Notes: generated by a model not told the origin, from the letters alone. 19,329 nt of DNA from Candidatus Thorarchaeota archaeon (GCA_020348985.1 CP070761.1:2219974-2239302); one strand, 5' to 3'. Positions 1 through 7,419 are shown, counted from the first letter of the stretch. Numbers and translations are program-made.

Positions 1-67
1 AAACCTCATACTGTGGGAAAGGCAGTGTGACTTCCTTGAAGCTAGACTGATGCAACTCTGGTTCATT

Positions 68-859
68 CTAGGATTGCTTCATAATGGCAATGTATTCTGA
101 TAGTCTTGCGTCATCTTTAATCAAATTGAAGAAGTTCCTGCTCGATTGCGTGGTAATCTCGTCAGCGGTAGTATTGCGAATCTCGGCTATTCGTTCCGCA
201 ACCATCTGCAATGCCTCATGTGGCATTCTCCGGGGAGATCCGCTTGGACCATCGGTCTCTATGAGAAAAAGATCATCAGGAATCATAGTTACTGTCTCAA
301 GGCGTTCCTTCCAACCCCTAATCTCAGATTCATATGATTTCAAGTAGCTTCCATCAAAGGCAAAATACAGATCTTTGTCAATGATCTTCTCGACCAAATC
401 GATTGGGCCATAGTAATCATGGATGATTCCATTTCGGATGGAGTATTGTTCTAGCATATCGAGGACCTCAAACTCTGCTTCTGCAACATGGAGAATCATA
501 ATGGTATCATGCTGCTGTGCAGACTCAAGGAATATCTCTAGAAGAGATTCCTGCAAAGGATAATGCGAGGCATCCAATGTCCACTTCCGGTCTAGACCAA
601 TCTCTCCAAGCATCAGTGCTTCGTCAGCAATTCTCTTGATTGTATCAAGCTGGTCGATGTGCTCATGTGCGAACATTGGGTGAACTCCAAAGGCCGGAAG
701 AATGAACTGCGAAAGTCCTGCTAGTTCCAATGTTTCATTATAGGAGAGCATATCCGTTGACACTGATAACATGAGTACTCTATTCTCGTGTATGTCCTCT
801 AGTGCTCGATTGATATCCTCTTGATAGAATGAGAAATGATTGTGAACATCTACCAGCAT
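68..859 (-). CDS. tatD: TatD-family metal-dependent hydrolase/DNase
   Basis: N-terminal DxHxH (DVHNH), GVHP, GEIGLD, two further His motifs (ILHV, IIHD) and ETDGP are the TatD metal-binding motifs; 263 aa. Confidence 0.9.
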   Translation of the reverse strand: MLVDVHNHFSFYQEDINRALEDIHENRVLMLSVSTDMLSYNETLELAGLSQFILPAFGVHPMFAHEHIDQLDTIKRIADEALMLGEIGLDRKWTLDASHYPLQESLLEIFLESAQQHDTIMILHVAEAEFEVLDMLEQYSIRNGIIHDYYGPIDLVEKIIDKDLYFAFDGSYLKSYESEIRGWKERLETVTMIPDDLFLIETDGPSGSPRRMPHEALQMVAERIAEIRNTTADEITTQSSRNFFNLIKDDARLSEYIAIMKQS

Positions 860-1285
860 TCCAGCAACCTCAGGTTAAGATCTAGGTGCAGATTGTTTCG
901 AATATCATGCTTCGTGTCAGTGCATACCTAACTCCTACTCCACCCAACTTGTGGGACTGACATTATTCTGTTTGGAATTGATATTGGTTAGAATGGTGAG
1001 ATATTCCTTTCGCCATTATGCAAGGTTGATTATGTCGAGCCCCTTTAGGGATATGACACCTAGCCAATGACATTCGGCACCATTGCTACCAGCTCTTGAG
1101 TTCACAGACAAAAGTCTCGCTCGCAGTCGTACTGGTGACATCTGTATCGAGTCGGATCCTAATCCGTCTTGCAGCGGAAGCAGGGTTCTTCAAGTTGCAC
1201 CTCGGTGGGGCGCCGAAGGCGAGTCGAGTAGTTCAATGTGCAAGGTTACTCGCGGGAGACTAGGATCAGCTTTACCAGAGTTTGG

Positions 1286-1334
1286 CGTTCTAATTAGTGG
1301 ACAAGTCGTTCTAATCCGTGGGATAATATCTAAT
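1286..1334. repeat. Short tandem direct repeats upstream of the ICMT-like gene
   Basis: CGTTCTAAT-NN-GTGG at 1286 and 1307 (21-nt period), plus a partial third CTAAT at 1330. Confidence 0.45.
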
Positions 1335-1349
1335 CGACACTTTAGAACC

Positions 1350-2102
1350 ATGGTGACAATTCACTTGAATCAAGCAATTGCAGAAACAGACGTGCAGTCA
1401 GAAGACGAGGAAACTCCTGCTAGACAATCAAGACTGACGAGCATTGCAGCATCGCTCTTGCCCTTTCTACAATCTATTCCGCCGCTTGCAGCTTGGGGAG
1501 GGTTGATGACAATCCCTCTAGTAAGCTATATTGCTCTTCTCTTTGCTTCAGGCCCATCTCAATTCGCTGAGGCGTTGTTCCTACTTTTCTTCGGAGGTTT
1601 CCTGTGGGAACAGATTACTGCTGTTCTTGGTCTTGGGATACTAGTTTACTCATTCGTTCACATGAGACTAACCAAGAAAGAGGGTCTGATCACAACGGGT
1701 CCGTACAGATTCGTCCGTCATCCGCAGTATTTGGGCGTAACGTTGTTTACGCTGACTCTCACTACCCGTAGCTATTGGATAGGTACCAACACATTTGGAA
1801 TGAGTTGGATTGATCCTAAACTGACAGTCGTGATTTGGTTTGGAACGCTTGTCGCCTACATAATCTTGGCATATGTAGAAGAGCTTCATCTCGCCAAGAC
1901 TTTCGGAGCTGAATTCGAGGATTATAAACAGAAGACCGGCTTCATGTTCCCAGGTCTGAAATCACAGAATCTTGGGCTCGAAGTCATTGTATCTACTCTA
2001 TTCTTCTCGGTCGTTCTTTTCGCGATAATACTCATGCCTACACCCATGCCACCTCCCGGCCCAATGCCAGGTCCAGGTGATGCCACAGCCCCACCATTTT
2101 GA
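1350..2102 (+). CDS. Isoprenylcysteine carboxyl methyltransferase / phospholipid methyltransferase (ICMT/PEMT) family membrane protein
   Basis: LITTGPYRFVRHPQYLG and EELHL..TFGAEFEDYKQKTG are the ICMT/PEMT signature; several TM helices; Pro-rich C-terminal tail. The ORF-track start (1083) looks over-extended; the likely start is ATG 1350 or TTG 1365 (GGTGA SD at 1352-1356). Confidence 0.85.
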   Translation: MVTIHLNQAIAETDVQSEDEETPARQSRLTSIAASLLPFLQSIPPLAAWGGLMTIPLVSYIALLFASGPSQFAEALFLLFFGGFLWEQITAVLGLGILVYSFVHMRLTKKEGLITTGPYRFVRHPQYLGVTLFTLTLTTRSYWIGTNTFGMSWIDPKLTVVIWFGTLVAYIILAYVEELHLAKTFGAEFEDYKQKTGFMFPGLKSQNLGLEVIVSTLFFSVVLFAIILMPTPMPPPGPMPGPGDATAPPF

Positions 2103-2192
2103 GAAGAGAATAGATGAGAGAGGCCGTGTTTCAGGTTTATTAGGACGAAGGACCATCTTCTAAGTCAGATTCTTCATAGGGGGAAGAACTCA

Positions 2193-2753
2193 GTGAGTCC
2201 TGAATCAATAATCACAGATCTTACTAGAACTTTGAAAAAGGAAGAAGAAGACGCGAAGAAAGAGCGTGTAGACAAACTACTGTCCAAATACAAATCAGAG
2301 ATTGAAGGGTTTGACGCGAACCAGCAAACTCAATGGCTGTTCTGGAATGGACAGGAAATTGTGGAGAGAGTAGCTGATGTTATTGACGGCAATAACAAGG
2401 CAGCGGTGAGATCTAGACAGTATCACAATCTGATCCTGTTCTTCTCAATCCTATCAGCCGCTGTACCCATAATCGTTACAATACTCTCCGTTGTGTATGA
2501 ATGGAACTACTATGCCCAACTAGTGGATGCTGTCTTTCCATTGGTTGTTGCAGCTGTTCAGACAAAACAGAAGCAATGGCTAGACTGGTCAGTGGCAATA
2601 TCCAAGGTTGACCACCGTTATAGAGTCCTGCTAAGTTCTATTATCATTGACATTAGCACGAGAGCCTATGATGAAAATGCAGAGACGCACAAGATAGAAG
2701 CTGGTAAATTAGATGGAATCCTTGTAGGAGCAAGAGTCCATCTTCCACTGTAA
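2193..2753 (+). CDS. Two-TM membrane protein, weakly SLATT/DUF4231-like
   Basis: 186 aa: charged helical N-terminus, then AVRSRQYHNLILFFSILSAAVP..., a second hydrophobic helix and a W-x-x-W...R segment. TATA-like TTTATTA near 2135 and purine-rich SD upstream. The CDS is likely real; the family call is tentative. Confidence 0.6.
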   Translation: MSPESIITDLTRTLKKEEEDAKKERVDKLLSKYKSEIEGFDANQQTQWLFWNGQEIVERVADVIDGNNKAAVRSRQYHNLILFFSILSAAVPIIVTILSVVYEWNYYAQLVDAVFPLVVAAVQTKQKQWLDWSVAISKVDHRYRVLLSSIIIDISTRAYDENAETHKIEAGKLDGILVGARVHLPL

Positions 2754-2772
2754 ATCTGGTGTGCATGAAGCA

Positions 2773-3036
2773 TCATATTGGACTGGTCGATGTTGCCAGT
2801 ACTCTGGAGAGTTTCAAAGGGTAACAGGAGTGAGGTTCGAGAACCCCCCACTTGCTGTTCAGCTCAATTACAACAGGGCCATTCTCGTTTCTGAAGATTG
2901 CGAAGCTGCCTTCAATCTGATTGAAGTGTCCTCTAGTTTCCAACTGTCTAATCAGATTGGCAAATTCCCTGCTGCTAGCCGCAACAACATTATTGGCCCC
3001 ATTCCGAGGTTGTTTCGGACGAAGTGCAATCTTCAT
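2773..3036 (-). CDS. Hypothetical protein (87 aa)
   Basis: ATG start with GAGG SD just upstream; protein-like composition; fills the gap between neighbouring genes. Confidence 0.55.
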   Translation of the reverse strand: MKIALRPKQPRNGANNVVAASSREFANLIRQLETRGHFNQIEGSFAIFRNENGPVVIELNSKWGVLEPHSCYPLKLSRVLATSTSPI

Positions 3037-3192
3037 GATTCCTCATCGATGAGGCCGCTTCGGTACCTTATCAGATAATCACTCGGCAGTCAAGAGTGTT
3101 CTGTGGCTATCGACAGTCCGAAGAACGAAATGTATATCGTATTCGAGGTCAAACTTAAGTCAAAGTCCAACTAAAGGTAAGGATCGGGAAGA

Positions 3193-3807
3193 ATGAAACG
3201 GCCTTGGAGTCTACTCGTTCTGACGATTGTCTTTTGGAGTTTCATGCCTGCTCCTGTTCAAGCCTTTAGGCTCGAAGGCCGAATGGTCGGAGTCTACGGA
3301 GCTTTTGTGAATGAATACTGGGACGGTGACGATCCAAATAACGTCACTCTGGAGCTCTCCATAGGAATGAACGGAATCAATGAGGATTCTCCTTACTACA
3401 ACTGTGGCATTACAGAAAGGCTGAAAGCGGCTAGGATGGAGGTCCCTGACCAGGGCCTGATTGCTACAAATCAACTGGGTTGGACTGTTGCACATAGCAA
3501 TCTATCTAGTATGTACCAGCCACCCCCAGGCGAGAGATGGTACCCATTTCTCTTGGCCTTTCTGACGAACTTCAGCTTGACGACTCGCCCAGGAGACAAT
3601 CTGATCAGTTTCACAGTTGAGTGTGGTACTCTAATTGTTAATGACTCAGGGTACTTCACAGTTACCGAGTCTGCTTCTTTTGATTATCTTATTCATATTG
3701 AGTCCAATGGGATGAATGGCTTGAGCCCGACCGCAATATCCATTGGCGTATCGTCGGTAGTCATAGTGATTCTTGCAGTTGTGGAACTCAAGAGAAGAAG
3801 AGCATGA
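3193..3807 (+). CDS. Secreted, C-terminally membrane-anchored protein of unknown function
   Basis: Signal peptide MKRPWSLLVLTIVFWSFMPAPVQA, beta-rich body with N-x-S/T sequons, C-terminal TM helix followed by KRRRA. Confidence 0.8.
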   Translation: MKRPWSLLVLTIVFWSFMPAPVQAFRLEGRMVGVYGAFVNEYWDGDDPNNVTLELSIGMNGINEDSPYYNCGITERLKAARMEVPDQGLIATNQLGWTVAHSNLSSMYQPPPGERWYPFLLAFLTNFSLTTRPGDNLISFTVECGTLIVNDSGYFTVTESASFDYLIHIESNGMNGLSPTAISIGVSSVVIVILAVVELKRRRA

Positions 3808-3919
3808 ACCGTTGCAAAACTCCAATCCCAAGCCCGATTCCTAATGTTGCCCAGGGAAATCTTGAAGGGGATGTAACATGGAGATCTGCAGACCTACCGC
3901 TGAAGTATCAATCAGACCT

Positions 3920-4216
3920 CTAGTCCCACCAGCCGGCTTTCTCCTGTTCCACCCAGACTGGACCCGACTCTCTTCGCCGCATTCTGCGAACCAAGACAGT
4001 CACAACGGCAACGATTACCAATAGCAGAAAGAGAGGACCAAATAGGAGTATCAGCAAAGTGAAGGGGTCTGGCGACGGGGGCATGGGTACGGTCGGTACA
4101 GGTTGAATCATGACTGTTACATCTAGGTATTGATTCCATAGAAAGCTTGCCCATGTAGCAGCCGCTAATAGAAACCCTAGAATCAACTTTCTGGCTGGGA
4201 AACAGCAATCAAGCAA
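3920..4216 (-). CDS. Small two-TM membrane protein with Pro-rich linker
   Basis: Two hydrophobic helices separated by PVPTVPMPPSPDP, followed by RRMRRR; the TTG start overlaps the CPBP stop (8 nt). The start is uncertain. Confidence 0.6.
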   Translation of the reverse strand: MLDCCFPARKLILGFLLAAATWASFLWNQYLDVTVMIQPVPTVPMPPSPDPFTLLILLFGPLFLLLVIVAVVTVLVRRMRRRESGPVWVEQEKAGWWD

Positions 4217-5213
4217 GAATCCCCATCATGAGAAACAAGAAGAAGGGGATCGTTTCTGCGACGTTATGCGCTGTGTGCAGACATATTGGGAGAACTAGAT
4301 TTCTTGTTCGCTCCCATGCAGTCCCAAACACTATACCTACTTGCGCTTGGCACAGGAACGAGATTATGACCGCTTGAAACAGAGAGGCCTCGAATGAACC
4401 CGATATCGAGAAGAAGATCCAGAAGCTTGGCGTGGAGTGCATCATCCCAAACACAAGGGAGGCCAGGAGTATCCCACGAGTTGCTCCGAGTCGGTCTGTC
4501 AGAGTTGTCTGAATGACTGCCCTATACAAGAATTCCTCTGGTATCGATGCGACCAGTGTGAGCACAGGAATGCTGTACAGAACCACTTGGGGAAGCAGAC
4601 TCAGAGAATCTGCTACGTTGAATCCATTGTCCGATAGCCAGTAGACTGCGTCAAGTAGATTGATGTATCCCATTACGACAAAAACCAAGATGCCATAGAC
4701 AAGAGAGATGACTAATGATCCAATTATGTTCCTAGAATCGCCGCCTGTGAATCCAAGTTTCTTCAGCGGTATTCCGTATACGAACAGCAGAATGAGTAAT
4801 GGTATCAAGAATGCTCCGAGAATGCTGGCCGGACTCAGGGCCACATCAGGAAAAACCAACACATACAGATTCCAACTCGCGCTATGCAGTACTAGGAAAG
4901 CGAACAGAGTCTTGTAGCTTAGATTGAGTTGAGTGGAGTCTTCCTCCTTTCTCTTGTCAAATGCAACTAGTAACACTGGCACAAAGAGAGCAGTCAATAC
5001 CAAGCCCACGGCAGGAGAGTGCAGAACGAATGTTGATGGTGTTGAGATTCCCATAATGGAACCGATGATCAGAAGCCCAACTAATGCAATGATCCAAACA
5101 AGTACTGCTATTCGTTCAGAACGCTGCAGACCTGAGAGATACTGTCGGATTTGACCAATCCTGTTTGGTGCGCTTTGTCGGTCAGTCAGACCTGCGCTGT
5201 TCGGATGCTCCAC
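4209..5213 (-). CDS. CPBP-family intramembrane glutamic protease (CAAX protease II / Rce1/Abi-like)
   Basis: All three CPBP motifs present: EEFLYR (EExxxR), FGMMH (FxxxH), HTAHN (HxxxN); multiple TM helices. Confidence 0.92.
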   Translation of the reverse strand: MEHPNSAGLTDRQSAPNRIGQIRQYLSGLQRSERIAVLVWIIALVGLLIIGSIMGISTPSTFVLHSPAVGLVLTALFVPVLLVAFDKRKEEDSTQLNLSYKTLFAFLVLHSASWNLYVLVFPDVALSPASILGAFLIPLLILLFVYGIPLKKLGFTGGDSRNIIGSLVISLVYGILVFVVMGYINLLDAVYWLSDNGFNVADSLSLLPQVVLYSIPVLTLVASIPEEFLYRAVIQTTLTDRLGATRGILLASLVFGMMHSTPSFWIFFSISGSFEASLFQAVIISFLCQAQVGIVFGTAWERTRNLVLPICLHTAHNVAETIPFFLFLMMGILA

Positions 5214-5288
5214 AATCCCACCAATACCTCATTCGAGGAGCTGATTAATCAATCCTTTGTTTGACTAGTAAACGTAACTGATTACTCA

Positions 5289-5312
5289 CGGCATTGAAGA
5301 ACTTAATTGCCG
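5289..5312. promoter_or_regulatory. Palindromic operator-like site in the CPBP / Lrp-domain divergent intergenic region
   Basis: CGGCA-TTGAAGAACTTAAT-TGCCG; the arms match those at 10073-10148. Confidence 0.4.
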
Positions 5313-5414
5313 GTGTTTGTAGACTTCATCGATTGTGTTCTATGCTATTCGCCTTATTGTTGAATGGTTTTATCAACTGAAAACCCATACCGTAGTTTGT
5401 TGGAGCTGTCCGGT

Positions 5415-5639
5415 TTGGTTATCCTGGCTATTCTCATTCGAGCTAGGGCAGGAACACTTTGGAACACATGTGAGTTGGTTGAGAAAGTAGATGGTGTGAC
5501 CCGGGCCCATGTCGTTACAGGTCCCTACGACATCATTGCCTATGCAGACATACCCTCTCTTGAGAATTTGAAGGAACTGATAAAAAGGATTCATGAAGTC
5601 GAAGGTGTACTCCACACTGGAACTTGTATCACGATGTGA
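5415..5639 (+). CDS. Stand-alone Lrp/AsnC ligand-binding (RAM) domain protein
   Basis: V..AHVVTGPYDIIA ... I..IH.VEGV..T.T is the RAM-domain pattern, with no HTH. Likely start TTG 5415 after GGAG at 5402-5405 (ORF track: 5364). Confidence 0.85.
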   Translation: MVILAILIRARAGTLWNTCELVEKVDGVTRAHVVTGPYDIIAYADIPSLENLKELIKRIHEVEGVLHTGTCITM

Positions 5640-5702
5640 GGTGTGCACCGCTCCTCACGATGACCAGATAGAGATTTATCAGCGAACTAGAGAACGGGAT
5701 GC

Positions 5703-6680
5703 ATGAAAAGGAAGATCAAGTTCGGTGCTAGATTGAGTCGTGTAATCTCAACGGTCTCCCCTGACAGCGAGAACCCCAACATCACACCTTACGAACGCAT
5801 CCATTGGCCATTGGTTAGGGAGGTTGCTCAGGAGTGTGAACGCCTCGGATTTGATTCGGTCATTATGCCAGACCACCCCATGGATGATGTTTCTCGCCTT
5901 GCCTGCTGGTCAACAATAGCTGCTCTTTCATCTTGCACGAACAGAGTCACGATCGGCACCCTGACCGTGAACACAATGAGATACCTTCCTAACCCCTCAT
6001 TGTTCATCAAAGAGATTGCAACCCTGGATCAGATTTCTGATGGTCGACTGTATCCTCTCGGTCTAGGACTTGGTTGGACTCCTCACGAGTATGAGGCATT
6101 TGGGTTCCCATATCCCGCACACAAGGTTAGACTCTCCCAAATGCAGGAAACAATCGAAATGATGAACTTGATGTTTACTGAAGAAAAGACTACGTATCAG
6201 GGAAAGTACTTCCAAGTTAAGGATCTCGTCTGCGAGCCGAAGCCAATTCAGAAGCCGTTTCCGATTGTCATTGGGGCCCGGGGAAACCGTACACTTCGTG
6301 TTGCGGCCAGGTACGCTGACCATATTGATATCTACGGCGGAATGGACCTGGATGATCTTCAGGAGCGACTCAGTTTTGTGGAGAAGACCTGTGAAGAATA
6401 TGGTCGGAACTTCAAAGACATCGTATTCTCATGGGGCTGCTGGTTCTGGATCTACGAGAATGAAAAGGAGTATAGCAAGTACTCTGCGGAATTCCAGCGT
6501 TTGGCGGATTTGCCTGATAATCCCTTCGTGGTCCAAAAGGGGACCCCTGAAGAAATCGTTGAGATGTTTGAGTCGCTCAAAGAAGTTGGAATCACTTACT
6601 TCACTCTTCGATTTGAAGACTTCCCCAGTAAGCGAGGACTGCGGCTCTTTGCGGAGTACGTGATGCCTGAATTCAAGTAA
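5703..6680 (+). CDS. Luciferase-like monooxygenase (LLM) class, probably F420-dependent oxidoreductase
   Basis: GFDSVIMPDH, TLDQISDGR, LGLGLGW..HEYEAFG, PKPIQKPFPIVIG and GTPEEI motifs. F420 dependence is inferred from the family and archaeal context. Confidence 0.9.
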   Translation: MKRKIKFGARLSRVISTVSPDSENPNITPYERIHWPLVREVAQECERLGFDSVIMPDHPMDDVSRLACWSTIAALSSCTNRVTIGTLTVNTMRYLPNPSLFIKEIATLDQISDGRLYPLGLGLGWTPHEYEAFGFPYPAHKVRLSQMQETIEMMNLMFTEEKTTYQGKYFQVKDLVCEPKPIQKPFPIVIGARGNRTLRVAARYADHIDIYGGMDLDDLQERLSFVEKTCEEYGRNFKDIVFSWGCWFWIYENEKEYSKYSAEFQRLADLPDNPFVVQKGTPEEIVEMFESLKEVGITYFTLRFEDFPSKRGLRLFAEYVMPEFK

Positions 6681-6948
6681 GGCGTAGGAACGAGACTCAT
6701 AATTGCATTAGTGGTCTAAACCAGTATTCTCTATGCCTAATATTCTCCACTAAGAATTCATTGGCTGAAATGATATCTGTGAGCAATTTCACGTAGAGCG
6801 AAGCTGTGTTCTTTCAGTTGGCTCGCTTACATATTCAGTAGGATTCTGACTGAATCTCATGGCGAGGAAGAATGACAAAGAACAGAACTGACCCTGACGT
6901 TCCAGACCCCACACCGTGGTAGTTGTGAACAGTTTCATCGGCAGCGAC

Positions 6949-7018
6949 CTTGGCAGAGACGCTCCAAAAGACAAGGATGGTACATCCAAATCATAGATGG
7001 GGCCCCTCTGCCAAGACA
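6949..7018 (+). ncRNA. Candidate box H/ACA-like guide sRNA
   Basis: Perfect 10-bp stem CTTGGCAGAG (6949-6958) / CTCTGCCAAG (7006-7015) immediately followed by ACA and TTCTTT; internal K-turn-like CCA-AAA-GA...GA-TGG; apical GGATG-GTA-CATCC hairpin; lies in non-coding sequence. Confidence 0.4.
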
Positions 7019-7113
7019 TTCTTTCGCGTGTCCTTCAAACATCTCTCTGAGAGTACCAGCGGTGGCCAGCATCAGCATAGCTCTGTGGTCTGGCGTGAAA
7101 TCGGCGGCCTCAC

Positions 7114-7359
7114 TTACAATGTGGATCCATTAGACGAAGCATCTTCTATGAGCTCGATTGAGTTGCCGCGGGATTCGAGAATCGCTCTTGCCAAGTGCAG
7201 TCCGATTCCATGTGTTCCATCTTCGCCCTTACCTCTTCGAGACAGCCATTCTTCTTCCGATTCCGAAATTCCGGGACCGTTGTTGCTTTTTCTACTCTCT
7301 AGGGCGGAATCTCACCTAGCCTCCTCGGTTTCACATGGCTCCGAGGTAATCGAGTCCAT
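7114..7359 (-). pseudogene. Remnant of a histidine kinase ATPase (HATPase_c) C-terminus
   Basis: Manual translation: MDSITSEPCETEEAR*DSALESRKSNNGPGISESEEEWLSRRGKGEDGTHGIGLHLARAILESRGNSIELIEDASSNGSTL*. It carries G1-like (NNGPGI) and G2-like (GIGLHLAR) boxes, an in-frame TGA at 7314-7312, and no N-box or HisKA domain. Confidence 0.7.
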
Positions 7360-7419
7360 TTGACAACCCTCATATCTTGTTGATGCAACCTATTCTAGCG
7401 TTTCGTAGGAGAGCTCGCT

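Noticed and set aside
1083-1349. N-terminal 89-codon extension of the ICMT-like ORF
   Set aside because: Not protein-like; a better SD and start exist at 1350/1365, and the region looks non-coding.
68-2753. TatD plus the 2TM protein as a Qat-like defence operon
   Set aside because: Opposite strands, not adjacent, and no QueC-like or ATPase genes; stand-alone TatD is common.
3822-3884. Imperfect long hairpin between convergent genes
   Set aside because: Several bulges and short stems; cannot be told from chance or a simple terminator.
7312-7314. In-frame TGA as possible selenocysteine
   Set aside because: The position is not a redox Cys equivalent, read-through would still give only a kinase fragment, and no SECIS was recognised.
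6950-7363. 137-aa + strand ORF
   Set aside because: Ser/Pro-rich antisense shadow of the HATPase remnant; it also overlaps the RNA hairpin.
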